From IMG/VR virus record IMGVR_UViG_3300010354_009789: DNA of 64,000 nucleotides, one strand, 5' to 3'. Position 1 is the stretch's first letter; each line of letters starts with the position of its first letter. Origin of the DNA: an uncultured virus (IMG/VR IMGVR_UViG_3300010354_009789). Its lineage: Duplodnaviria; Heunggongvirae; Uroviricota; Caudoviricetes. Positions 9,599 to 18,880 of the stretch are shown piece after piece. The translations under genes and the position numbers were made by a program. The notes below the pieces were generated by a model, which saw only the letters and a list, made by a program, of their open reading frames with translations, did no database searches and was not told where the DNA came from.

Positions 9599-9706
9599 TT
9601 ATCCTGGGTATGCATTATGAAGACCCCAATATGCCCAACATCCAATAATAGAAAAGATTATAACTGTCTTCACGGCAAGATTCATGAGTAAATTTGCAAG
9701 TTCCAT
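9599..9706 (-). CDS. 35-aa single-pass membrane peptide with NdhQ-like C-terminus
   Basis: Manual translation MELANLLMNLAVKTVIIFSIIGCWAYWGLHNAYPG; own sigma70-like promoter directly upstream. Confidence 0.6.
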   Translation of the reverse strand: MELANLLMNLAVKTVIIFSIIGCWAYWGLHNAYPG

Positions 9707-9709
9707 AAT

Positions 9710-9738
9710 ATTTTATAGCGACTAGGTATTTTGCGCAA
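9710..9738 (-). promoter_or_regulatory. sigma70-like promoter (TTGCGC-N17-TAAAAT)
   Basis: 17-nt spacing; -10 box abuts ATG 9706, so the second ATG (9685) may be the true start. Confidence 0.5.
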
Positions 9739-9754
9739 GTTTATGTCAGAGTAT

Positions 9755-10231
9755 TTAGACATACTTTTCCCATCTAGAACCAGGACCGTTATATCTTAAT
9801 GATCTACTGATGCTACTTTCAAGGACCCCAGTATCTTCTCTGGCATCTTTCATGGACTTATATACCTTGCCAGTGGTTTTATCCCTCACGGAGACTATTC
9901 TGGATTGTCTTGCCGCTTCTTTAACGTGTTCTGGACATGGAACTCCAAATCTACCACCATCACCACCACGTGTTGCGTTATATTCTGGGTTTAGTTTGTC
10001 TATCCAATAAATCTCTCTTTCTCCTGCAACATCTGCTGTCACCTCCTCCACAATATCCCACTTAAAGTTTTCGCGACCATATTTTCTTAGTGCATTTGGG
10101 AAAGGTGTATTTGCATTTTTATTTGTTGCATACCACCAGTGCTTATATTCACGTTCTTCTACTGTCCCAGCACATCTCCCAATATAAATTTTACCATTTA
10201 ATTTGTTTGTTGCCTTGTAAATATAACACAT
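9755..10231 (-). CDS. GIY-YIG homing endonuclease (Seg-like) with C-terminal NUMOD1-like segment
   Basis: YIYKATNKLNGKIYIG, ALRKYG, EIYWI, YNATRGG motifs. Confidence 0.9.
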   Translation of the reverse strand: MCYIYKATNKLNGKIYIGRCAGTVEEREYKHWWYATNKNANTPFPNALRKYGRENFKWDIVEEVTADVAGEREIYWIDKLNPEYNATRGGDGGRFGVPCPEHVKEAARQSRIVSVRDKTTGKVYKSMKDAREDTGVLESSISRSLRYNGPGSRWEKYV

Positions 10232-10260
10232 GTCACGGAGGTTCTTAACATACTATGTAT

Positions 10261-10285
10261 AAAAAAAGGGTCCCGAAGGACCCTT
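10261..10285 (-). terminator. Intrinsic terminator of g23
   Basis: AAGGGTCC-TTCG-GGACCCTT stem with UUCG loop and T-run. Confidence 0.85.
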
Positions 10286-10308
10286 GGAAAAATCTTTGTA
10301 ACAAAAAT

Positions 10309-11727
10309 TTACATAAGATTTTTGACCGCCACGCGACGATAGTAGCGGTTTGCATTAACCTGAAGACGACCAAGACCCTGGGTGGTGCCTTCTGCAAATG
10401 GGTTTGCAGCAAGACCATAACGGGTCTTAAATCCGATCTTAGGCTGGAAGGTGTCCTGACCAACGGCACGAACCATTTGGAGAGGAACATAAGGGCAATA
10501 GAACAGACCTGCATCATAAGGGGAAGAACCCTTATAACCAATAACATAGTATTGGTTGGCAGTGAATGTGTTGCCAGAAGCAAGGTTTGCTGAATAAGGA
10601 TCGATATATACGCGATACTTGCCAAGCAGAACACCTGCGAAGGTGTTGCCAGTGTCATCAACGTTGAGGTTTGCGTTGAGTGCTGGGGTGTAATCAAGAA
10701 CACCAGCCATGCTCAGTGCAGAAGCAACGTCTGCAGAGCAGAGAACAATGTTGCCCTTTCCGCGACGAGTTCTTTGTGCAATTCTGTTTGCATCACGCTC
10801 GATCTGGAACAGGAGACCCTTGAACTTCTCAACAGACCAACGACCGTTGGAGTCAACGTCAAGGTCAAATACACCAGGAGTTGCAGTATTTTCTACAGCA
10901 CCTTGCTCAGCAACCTTGTAGATGGTTCTGATGACTTCGCGGTTGATCTCAGCAAGAATCTCTGTGGAGAGAATGTTTGCGAGTTCCGCTTCAGCATTCA
11001 GACCGTGAATTGCCTTCAGGTCTTGTGCAAGCTCAAGGCTGTATTCTGCCTTCAGAGCACGCGACTTAGCAGTTACGGTGACTTTCTCGATCGAGAATGC
11101 CATCTCGTTGAAAGCAGCGCCCACGCCAAGATCTTCAGCGTCGCCAGTAGGCATACCCTGACCAACGGTATAACCGAGGGAGGATGCGGTGCCAACTGGG
11201 TTGAGAACTGCTGGGTTGGTTCCGGACTGAATGGTGCTACCAATACCAGCGTTGTTGTCAGCGAAGTCGCGGGTGATGTTATTGCCGTAAGCAGCATCCT
11301 GACCAGAGAATACTGTATCTGCTTCGTTGTAGAATGCCTCAGAACCAGACTGACTGACATAGCGCGAACGCATTGCGAAAATCAGTCCAGTAGGACCGGT
11401 CATTGGTTGAACGCCAGCGAGGTCATAAGCGACCAGATTTGGCATAGAACGACGAATGAGGCTGATTAGAACGGGATCGAAACCTGCAACAGTGTTGCTG
11501 GATGCACCGCTAAAACCACCTTGAGCACCAGCAGCGTTGCCGCTGTTGGTTGGGGCTTCCATCAGGGACTGCATCGAACCGTTGTCGAATGCAGACTGCT
11601 CACGGAGGAATCTTTCTTGGTTTTCGAGCAGGACAGCGGTTACGGCTCTACGATGAGGATCTTTGATCTCTTCACCATAATTGAGTAGAGGTGCCCACTT
11701 TTCCTGCAATTGCTCGGAATGGAACAT
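10309..11727 (-). CDS. g23: Major capsid protein
   Basis: EKWAPLL, AVLLENQE, GVQPMTGPTGLIFAMR, KSRALKAEYS, GFKTRYG. Confidence 0.99.
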   Translation of the reverse strand: MFHSEQLQEKWAPLLNYGEEIKDPHRRAVTAVLLENQERFLREQSAFDNGSMQSLMEAPTNSGNAAGAQGGFSGASSNTVAGFDPVLISLIRRSMPNLVAYDLAGVQPMTGPTGLIFAMRSRYVSQSGSEAFYNEADTVFSGQDAAYGNNITRDFADNNAGIGSTIQSGTNPAVLNPVGTASSLGYTVGQGMPTGDAEDLGVGAAFNEMAFSIEKVTVTAKSRALKAEYSLELAQDLKAIHGLNAEAELANILSTEILAEINREVIRTIYKVAEQGAVENTATPGVFDLDVDSNGRWSVEKFKGLLFQIERDANRIAQRTRRGKGNIVLCSADVASALSMAGVLDYTPALNANLNVDDTGNTFAGVLLGKYRVYIDPYSANLASGNTFTANQYYVIGYKGSSPYDAGLFYCPYVPLQMVRAVGQDTFQPKIGFKTRYGLAANPFAEGTTQGLGRLQVNANRYYRRVAVKNLM

Positions 11728-11779
11728 TTGCTTTTACCTTTTAGAATAGTTGTTTACGTTTGAATTATATTAAATTCAA

Positions 11780-12910
11780 TTATTTGCTAAATGCCGAAAG
11801 AGTCTTCAGATATTTTGCCATCGATCCGGAGATCGCTTCCGGAGATGTGTCAACACCTTCGGACAGAGTTTCAGTTTTAGCCTTAGGAGAGATAGAAGCA
11901 AAATATGCTTCCTTTAGAGTCTCCATTTTCTCACGATATGCTTCTTCACTTTCAAACTCAACACCTTCTGCCAGGGAAGCGAGCTTCTCTTTCTGAGTTG
12001 CCGCAAGGCCCTCAGAAATTTCATCAAGAATGTTGTCAGCAACAGCCTCTGCAAGACGCTTATTGAGGGTCACATTCCTTTCGATTTGCTCGTTGAGTTT
12101 TGTCTCCATTTCATCAAGTTTTTCTACCATGCTCTCAAGAACATCATATTTATCTTCAGGGATTGTTACATAATGATCTTCAAAAAGTCCTCTTAAGTTA
12201 TGGAGGAACGATTCAGTAAGTTCGGTCTTAAGACCATGCTCTATTGCTAGAGCATTCTCAGCAAACCACTCTTCAGCGACGTACTCCAGGTACGAATCTA
12301 CGCGAAGTGCTAGTGATTCTTTGATAGCTTCGACTTCTTCTAGGAGTTGCTCTTCGTATTGAACTTCAAGGTCTTCCTTGATTTCAGCAACTTTGGATAG
12401 AAGTGCGGACTCAAAGATGGTGCGGGCCTTTTCTTGGAATTCTTCAGAAAGATCTTCGCCAGAAAGGAGAGCATTAACATCTTCTTCGATGTCATACTCT
12501 TCTACTTCTTCCTTGCACTCTTCCTTTTCATCCTCATCCTCATCCTCATCTTCGTCCTCATCCTCATCTGCTTCTTTTGCAGCAGCTTCTAGGAGTTCTT
12601 CGTCCTCATCGTATTCAACTTCCTCTTCCTCCTTAACTGCGCCTGGCATGGGAGCAGCTGGGTGAGCACCTCTGTTCACAACATCTCTAACTTGCTTGAG
12701 TGTTGCGCCAGGTGTCTTGAGTTTGGCTGAATCGTCGTCAGACTTATAGTTTTCAGGTGTAGGTCCACCAAGATCTTCCCAATTTCCAGTTTGTCCTGGA
12801 GTGTTTCCAGACAAATGTGCCATTGGATCTGCTGCACGTGCACCAGAATTCACGGCGGTTTTGGATTGCTTAGTGCCTACTTCCATCTCTTGTAAATCTT
12901 CACGGGACAT
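11780..12910 (-). CDS. g22: Prohead core scaffolding protein
   Basis: Acidic coiled coil, LSEEFQEKARTIFE, VDSYLEYVAEEW; between g21 and g23. Confidence 0.93.
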   Translation of the reverse strand: MSREDLQEMEVGTKQSKTAVNSGARAADPMAHLSGNTPGQTGNWEDLGGPTPENYKSDDDSAKLKTPGATLKQVRDVVNRGAHPAAPMPGAVKEEEEVEYDEDEELLEAAAKEADEDEDEDEDEDEDEKEECKEEVEEYDIEEDVNALLSGEDLSEEFQEKARTIFESALLSKVAEIKEDLEVQYEEQLLEEVEAIKESLALRVDSYLEYVAEEWFAENALAIEHGLKTELTESFLHNLRGLFEDHYVTIPEDKYDVLESMVEKLDEMETKLNEQIERNVTLNKRLAEAVADNILDEISEGLAATQKEKLASLAEGVEFESEEAYREKMETLKEAYFASISPKAKTETLSEGVDTSPEAISGSMAKYLKTLSAFSK

Positions 12911-12944
12911 TTGAACTCTCCGATGTTTTCCTAGAATGAATCTA

Positions 12945-12956
12945 TATTTATTTATA
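12945..12956 (-). promoter_or_regulatory. Late promoter(s) TATAAATA/ATAAATA upstream of g22
   Basis: Overlapping consensus copies. Confidence 0.8.
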
Positions 12957-12958
12957 AA

Positions 12959-13609
12959 TTAAAGATTTGCTAGAAACTCATTAAACAATTGTAGTTTATG
13001 TTCCTGCAATCTCTGTTCGTCAACTAAAGTGTTAATTCTTCTTGCTGTGGACTCAGCGAGTTTTTCACGAAGGATTCCACCTTCCCAAACCCACTCTTTG
13101 CCTTCCATAATTCCCTGAACAAATGCATCAGGTGCAGATGGATCTGCTACAATATCAGCAGCAGTTGCAAGCATGAAGTCTTCACCGACTTCCATATAAC
13201 CTTCTTTAGTCTGTCTTACAGAACCAATACCTCTTGAAGAAACTCCAAGAGTTACGCCTTCCTTAAGAAGGGATTCTGCAATTTTGCCCATAGGAGTTGA
13301 CAGAATTTGTGCTTTTCCTATAAAGTTATTACCCTCTTGAGTGAGAGCAACAATTTTATGAGAAACTCTGTCAAGATTAACAGTTGGTCCATCTGGATGA
13401 CCCAACTCTCCCAGAGCACGCCCTTTATTGATATAGCTTTCGCTATAACGCTTAACCTCTCTCTCCATTACATGGCGGCGATATACTCTATTATTACGGT
13501 TTGCCATTTCGGTTTGAAGAAATGGTCCAGTAATGAATAGGGTCTTTTTGCCATTTACGCTTTCAGTAATTACTTTTACTGATTCAATTTCCTCTGTAAT
13601 AAGTAACAT
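12959..13609 (-). CDS. g21: Prohead protease
   Basis: ALGELGHP, LGVSSRGIGS, DIVADPSAPDA; start taken at MLLITEE (13609) rather than 13645. Confidence 0.96.
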   Translation of the reverse strand: MLLITEEIESVKVITESVNGKKTLFITGPFLQTEMANRNNRVYRRHVMEREVKRYSESYINKGRALGELGHPDGPTVNLDRVSHKIVALTQEGNNFIGKAQILSTPMGKIAESLLKEGVTLGVSSRGIGSVRQTKEGYMEVGEDFMLATAADIVADPSAPDAFVQGIMEGKEWVWEGGILREKLAESTARRINTLVDEQRLQEHKLQLFNEFLANL

Positions 13610-13610
13610 C

Positions 13611-14162
13611 TTAGGCATCTCCGGTAAGTTGAACTTGTTGGGCATAAAGTGTTCCTGCCCCAGAAGTTGTTCGCGCAGAAACTTTAACCGATCTTCTTAA
13701 GACACCATCTGGGGAAGTAAATGCGGTTAAAATCCCCGCAGAATTAAACGAAATGCCAATTCCAGTAGAGAATACACCATCATAAGATGCCTTATTGTCC
13801 ACTGAAATTACCTTCTGATGGGTAAAGTTCCAATATGATTGAAGTGTGGATGTAAATGTTACATAATCACCAACTTCAAATACAGTTCCAGTTCCTTCTG
13901 CGAAAGTTACGGAAGTGTATGTTCCAGTCGTCATACCAGCAACAACCTGCGTTCCAGTATCTAATGCCAACGTTGCAGAAGTTCCAGATGGAATGATGTA
14001 GTCTGTTACAACAGCCACTGGGCTATAACCAATTGCTACATGAGCAGCTGCTCCATCAGCAACAATGCGAAGTGATTTTGTTTGTACTGAGATTGGAACA
14101 GATGCGGCTGCTGTAGTAGTAATTGCAAAGGAAGTCCCAACTCCAACTGGTCTATGCGTCAT
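13611..14162 (-). CDS. Conserved hypothetical, probable virion protein
   Basis: 183-aa Thr/Val/Gly-rich ORF; late promoter at 14185-14191. Confidence 0.7.
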   Translation of the reverse strand: MTHRPVGVGTSFAITTTAAASVPISVQTKSLRIVADGAAAHVAIGYSPVAVVTDYIIPSGTSATLALDTGTQVVAGMTTGTYTSVTFAEGTGTVFEVGDYVTFTSTLQSYWNFTHQKVISVDNKASYDGVFSTGIGISFNSAGILTAFTSPDGVLRRSVKVSARTTSGAGTLYAQQVQLTGDA

Positions 14163-14198
14163 TTTCTTTGGGCGTTTATTTAGTTATTTATGATTTTA

Positions 14199-15407
14199 TT
14201 AGGTTAAGTCGTAAAATGATATTGCTCCAATAGCATCGCCGGTTCCAGAGAGGGTTCTTACTGCCAAAGTAATAATATCACTCACCTTTGATTGTGTTCT
14301 GCCAAGCTGCAAATCCCAATTATATTCTTCGGTAAATGCAATTGCCCCACTCGCCTGATTTGATCCGGTCACATATTCTGTATGAAATATTTCACCGCCA
14401 CTTAATGAAGTTGCGGTTACATCAAAATATACATTTGGCGAATTTGACACTGAAAATGCAGAACCGACCAAAGATGCATTTTTTATCAATGCAATTTGAT
14501 AGTTTATATTGTTTGTTAATGGTAGAGCTCTAATATCATGAGGAAGAATAATAGAATCTTCTCTTCCCGGTGCCAATGTATATGATACTAATGGTTTAAA
14601 TGTTAATCCAATTCCAGTAAGTGGTGCTGCTGGTTGCACAGTATTTGGACTAACTTTCCTTTCATATCCACCGTTAGATTGAACAGTGACACAAATTTGC
14701 TTAAGTGTTGATGCAGATCCAACATTTCCACTATTAAAAATTTCATATCTAACTGGTAGAGATGCTGTGGTCATATAGGCACTATCAATATAATTGGCAT
14801 GATTAAATTGGTGCGCTATGATAAATTTTCCATCAATTACAAATCCAGCTCTGACAGATCCTGCCCCCAACCATTCGAATTCGGAGAACATGATCTGACA
14901 TTTATCTAAATTCAATGTATATCCACTCGGACCAGTTCCATCTAATGGATCATGACTCCAATCAGATTGTGCAACAACAATAGAAGTTGAAACCCCACTC
15001 TTTGCAGTTCTTAATACATAATTAACATTAAGACCATCTCGCTCTAACAGCAATCCATTTTCGGATGATGCATAACCAACTCTCTGAACCAAATTTGCTT
15101 TTGGTTCATTAAATACAAAGGTCTGTAGGCATTGTAAAGATTTTCCCGGTTGGTACTTAAATACCCTTTTAGATTCGCGAATATATGAGCATCCAGAAGT
15201 GGACCCAATTGTAAGAGTTGCTGTGCTCTGAGATGTTATAATTCCTGAAGTGGATCCAGAACCAACAATTACATCATCATAATCTCCATCTTGACTATAT
15301 CTGTGAGTTGAGTCGAATATGGTATATGGTTCCGCTATTTTTAGTCTTCCAAAAAGATCTCCAGAAAATCCTTTTCCAAGTGGCGATTGATCATATAAGT
15401 GAGACAT
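14199..15407 (-). CDS. Hypothetical beta-rich protein, probable virion structural protein
   Basis: 402-aa ORF with DLFGRL, YQPGKS, EWLGAGSVRAG motifs typical of phage structural proteins. Confidence 0.7.
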   Translation of the reverse strand: MSHLYDQSPLGKGFSGDLFGRLKIAEPYTIFDSTHRYSQDGDYDDVIVGSGSTSGIITSQSTATLTIGSTSGCSYIRESKRVFKYQPGKSLQCLQTFVFNEPKANLVQRVGYASSENGLLLERDGLNVNYVLRTAKSGVSTSIVVAQSDWSHDPLDGTGPSGYTLNLDKCQIMFSEFEWLGAGSVRAGFVIDGKFIIAHQFNHANYIDSAYMTTASLPVRYEIFNSGNVGSASTLKQICVTVQSNGGYERKVSPNTVQPAAPLTGIGLTFKPLVSYTLAPGREDSIILPHDIRALPLTNNINYQIALIKNASLVGSAFSVSNSPNVYFDVTATSLSGGEIFHTEYVTGSNQASGAIAFTEEYNWDLQLGRTQSKVSDIITLAVRTLSGTGDAIGAISFYDLT

Positions 15408-16267
15408 TATACTACCCTCCAGGAATTACCTCTCCAAATAAACGTAAGCGATCCGTAATCATAAGCAAGAATTGCTCTATCCCTACCGTCAATTAAATCG
15501 GATCCTGATGGTAGAATTGTGATATATCTGTTGGTGCCCTTTGATGCTTCACCAAGCTCATCTTTAACTACAAATTTTTTACCTTCCCGATCGGCATATG
15601 GAAGAGTAATTGTCACAGCACCTGCATAATTTACGCCAATATAGTAATCTTTGTGTGTGACCGAATATGTGGATGTTGTTACATAAGTAACTGGAACATC
15701 CATATATGTTAGGTTTGTTTCTCCCCCACCACCTAAAGTGGAAAGTTGTTGTTGAATTCTGAACAGAAACTTTTTATAATGATCTTGAAGTTGTTGCAGA
15801 GTTGCAAAGTTTTGATCTAATGGAGTTATGGGATCATTTTGTGCCTTGGTATTTGACGGTTCCGCTAAAAGACCCAAAGATTTCTCAATCAAAGTCTCCT
15901 CTTTAACTGTATTCTTAGATACTTTGGGAGATTTCTTCTCTATATTTTTTAAACGATCATAATAATCTGGAAGTTCATCTAGATGTTGAAGTGCAATGTG
16001 TGATGCCAGATCTTTATCTTTTGTATGCTCCGTTTCTACTTTTGTTCCCATTTCTAACTGTTTTTTTATCTTAGAGACGGGCACTTTATGCTTCTGTGCA
16101 ATTTGATCAACGGTCTTATGGGATTTTAATTGCTCCCATAGGGCGTCAAATGATTTATCAATATCTCCAAGAAGAGAATCGATTGCTTGTTTTTGCTCCT
16201 TCTTCGCGGATCCTACAGCAGCAAAAAAATTAGAAAGATCTGACTTCCCAGTTTCATCCACAATCAA
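15407..16267 (-). CDS. Hypothetical mosaic protein
   Basis: 286-aa ORF; QLEMGTKVETEH...IALQHLDELPDYY block plus C-terminal DYYIGVN...TITLP beta domain; start uncertain. Confidence 0.7.
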   Translation of the reverse strand: MIVDETGKSDLSNFFAAVGSAKKEQKQAIDSLLGDIDKSFDALWEQLKSHKTVDQIAQKHKVPVSKIKKQLEMGTKVETEHTKDKDLASHIALQHLDELPDYYDRLKNIEKKSPKVSKNTVKEETLIEKSLGLLAEPSNTKAQNDPITPLDQNFATLQQLQDHYKKFLFRIQQQLSTLGGGGETNLTYMDVPVTYVTTSTYSVTHKDYYIGVNYAGAVTITLPYADREGKKFVVKDELGEASKGTNRYITILPSGSDLIDGRDRAILAYDYGSLTFIWRGNSWRVV

Positions 16268-16428
16268 TCCTCATCATTTGGTGGTTGAAACATCGATGAT
16301 GCAACAATTGGCCTTGCAACATCAACTCTCTCAGATGCTTTTGAGAATAAAATATCTTTGATTTTGTCGCTAATGTCCGAAGGTGAACTATCAGCAACGA
16401 TCATATCCATAAGGTCATCCATTTCCAT
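16264..16428 (-). CDS. Small conserved protein downstream of portal (54 aa)
   Basis: Manual translation MEMDDLMDMIVADSSPSDISDKIKDILFSKASERVDVARPIVASSMF...; position equivalent to T4 small prohead core genes. Confidence 0.7.
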   Translation of the reverse strand: MEMDDLMDMIVADSSPSDISDKIKDILFSKASERVDVARPIVASSMFQPPNDED

Positions 16429-16468
16429 ATCTAATCCTTTGTTTAAGTGGTAAAAATTTCTTCATTAT

Positions 16469-18136
16469 TTATATTTCACCACCCTTGGGTGGTTGAACGG
16501 ACTGCGCATCGGACTCAAGATCGGGTTCCATAATAGGATTTCCGAGATCTGGAGACGCATTTGGATCCATAGGTTGTCCAGTCATTGGATCTATTGGCGC
16601 ATTTGGATCTGGAATTTCTCCATTTTCAATTTCTTTCTGAATGATTAGATCTTGCTCTTCACATTCGGCGTCAGTTTGACGAAGAATATGCTTCCTTACA
16701 TAATCTTTGGAGAAGTATTTTCCAACATAAGGTTCTGCTGTGGCAACCAAATTCAATCTCTCTGTCATAAGTTCAGCATCCTTAAGTTCGGAGAAATGAT
16801 TGTCATAAAGAAAATCGTATTGAATGTGCTGCGACATTTTCTCCCAATCTTCTGGGGTAATGATATTCTTAAGAATCAATTGGGTCTTAAGCATATCACT
16901 AAAAAGATTTGAGAATCTCATTCTCAAACGTCCGACGAACTTGGTGAATTTCAGTTCGTCCCTGAGAATTTCTGATGATCTTCCTAGATTGAATCCACCA
17001 TCACCATCCATTCTTGATGGAGGAACGTTCAGGGAGCGATATAACTTCTTCTTGAAATATTCAATGTCTGTAATTTCACCAAGATTTTGTCCTCCCGGAA
17101 GAGTTGTGATTTCGGTTCCTCTTCCACCTTCTCTACGCGGAAGCCAGAAATCCTCCAACATACTCATGTATTTCTTATCATCGCGAATTTCTCCAGTCGA
17201 TGCATCATAAACGAGTTTGTTTCTGTATCTCATCATCACATCGCGCAGATATTGCTCTGCTTTTACCTTAGGTAGATTTCCGACATCAATGTAGAAGATC
17301 CTTCTCTCAGGAGCTCTGGACAATCTATAGATCACAAGAGAGTCTTCAATCATTCTAAGTTGATTAAGTGACTTAATTGCTTTATGTAAATATGATAGGC
17401 AAATTCCTTTATTTCTATCAATTAATCCCGAATTGCAATATGCAACGGCATCTCTAGCAATTTTAATTCCACCGTCTCCTCCCATGGATGATGGGTTTTG
17501 AGCAGTATAATTTGTTTGTGGAGTAAAGATGAAATACTCATCAATTTGTGGGAACTCATAATCCATGGGATTTGTTCCACCATTTTGTCTATAGGCTAGA
17601 TTTTTTCTATGATCCTCTTCCTTTCTTTGTTGGCGAACGTAACGGATTTTCATAGAGTCGATATATCTCAACTCCTGAATTCCCTCATGTGGATTTTTAA
17701 AATCAATTAATTTGTGATAATAAATTCTTCCGTCAATATACCAGTTTCTATAAATTTCGTGGCATTTCTTATTGAAATCCATCAATTGGAGAATATATTT
17801 AAATTCATCCCTGATTTTCTTCTTAATGCCATCACTAGCATTCAGATTGGATAATTCAATCTTAACAGGAACATCATTGGAATCCGAAACAATTGCTTCG
17901 TTTACGATGTCTTCAATAGCACTATCACATTCTGGGTGAAGTGCCATCTCACGATATCTCTTGATTAAATCAAACTCAGACCTATAAACACCTTCAAGGT
18001 CTACATACGAACCAAAAAATCCACTAGTTAGATAGTGATCAACCCCATCCTCATTATTTTGAGGAACGGGAGACACTGTAGTGGGCGATGATTTATTAGA
18101 GTCGTCTTCAAGAGAAAAACCAAACAAACGAGTCAT
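16469..18136 (-). CDS. g20: Portal vertex protein
   Basis: YRLSRAPERRIFYIDVGNLP, EDFWLPRREGGRGTEITTLPGG; late promoter at 18162-18168. Confidence 0.99.
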   Translation of the reverse strand: MTRLFGFSLEDDSNKSSPTTVSPVPQNNEDGVDHYLTSGFFGSYVDLEGVYRSEFDLIKRYREMALHPECDSAIEDIVNEAIVSDSNDVPVKIELSNLNASDGIKKKIRDEFKYILQLMDFNKKCHEIYRNWYIDGRIYYHKLIDFKNPHEGIQELRYIDSMKIRYVRQQRKEEDHRKNLAYRQNGGTNPMDYEFPQIDEYFIFTPQTNYTAQNPSSMGGDGGIKIARDAVAYCNSGLIDRNKGICLSYLHKAIKSLNQLRMIEDSLVIYRLSRAPERRIFYIDVGNLPKVKAEQYLRDVMMRYRNKLVYDASTGEIRDDKKYMSMLEDFWLPRREGGRGTEITTLPGGQNLGEITDIEYFKKKLYRSLNVPPSRMDGDGGFNLGRSSEILRDELKFTKFVGRLRMRFSNLFSDMLKTQLILKNIITPEDWEKMSQHIQYDFLYDNHFSELKDAELMTERLNLVATAEPYVGKYFSKDYVRKHILRQTDAECEEQDLIIQKEIENGEIPDPNAPIDPMTGQPMDPNASPDLGNPIMEPDLESDAQSVQPPKGGEI

Positions 18137-18171
18137 TATTAGAGAATGAATTGATCTGCTCTATTTATCAT

Positions 18172-18199
18172 AAAAAAAGACCCCCCTTTCGGAGGGTCT
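18172..18199 (-). terminator. Intrinsic terminator after g19
   Basis: GC-rich stem with GAAA loop followed by T-run. Confidence 0.75.
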
Positions 18200-18219
18200 G
18201 ATAATGAATATCTGATAAA

Positions 18220-18834
18220 TCAAGCACCAGCGCCAGCGGCTTCTGGATAGTAGTATTGAACCTGCATTTCTACAGTGAACTCTTCAATTGTGTCTGTTGA
18301 CTCATATGAGAGATCGATTGCAGAAACGTTGGTTGGGAAGATGTCTACAAATTGATATTGTGCAAGAATCTCTGCATTTCCGGAGTTGGTTGCATTACCT
18401 TGCTGAACAACAGGTGCTCTACCAAGTTGATAGACCTTTGCCATTCCCATATAATCTGCTGGATTGGTAAGACCAGAGTGATCGCCATACTGAGCGATAT
18501 TCTGCATCCACGCTTCAAATGCCCTTCTGTGGCTGAAGTCTTCATCGTTAATAACGGTGATTGTCCATGTATCAAAGGTTCTGTCTCCAGCGACCTTAAG
18601 AATACGTCCTCTGAAGGGAACATCTACGGGAGCAACGTTGGATGCTGGAAGGGCGGCCGCCTTGCACAGGAATCTGAAGTTGTTCGCGTTGAATGATCCA
18701 CCACCATCGCCTTGAACGCCAAGATTCACGCCTGATGGAAATGTTACGTCAACCTCAAAGAGGTTGGGGCGGGCACCGCCGCCAACCAATTGGGATTTGA
18801 ATTGAGAGATACCTCTTACTGGAATAGTTGCCAT
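18220..18834 (-). CDS. g19: Tail tube protein
   Basis: GGARPNLFEV, PFRGRILKVAGDRTF, IEEFTVE. Confidence 0.97.
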   Translation of the reverse strand: MATIPVRGISQFKSQLVGGGARPNLFEVDVTFPSGVNLGVQGDGGGSFNANNFRFLCKAAALPASNVAPVDVPFRGRILKVAGDRTFDTWTITVINDEDFSHRRAFEAWMQNIAQYGDHSGLTNPADYMGMAKVYQLGRAPVVQQGNATNSGNAEILAQYQFVDIFPTNVSAIDLSYESTDTIEEFTVEMQVQYYYPEAAGAGA

Positions 18835-18880
18835 TTTTAAATCCTCTTGCTGTAGTTGTGTATATCGTTACGAATTTAAA

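Noticed and set aside
10774..11469. Long + strand ORFs (10774-11469, 22527-23099, 35690-36211, 60156-60710, 61038-61526, 61468-62118)
   Set aside because: Antisense shadows of well-supported minus-strand genes; non-ATG or weak starts and no recognisable motifs
12527..12570. Hexanucleotide (tcctca)n microsatellite
   Set aside because: It simply encodes the Asp/Glu tract of the gp22 scaffold and is in frame
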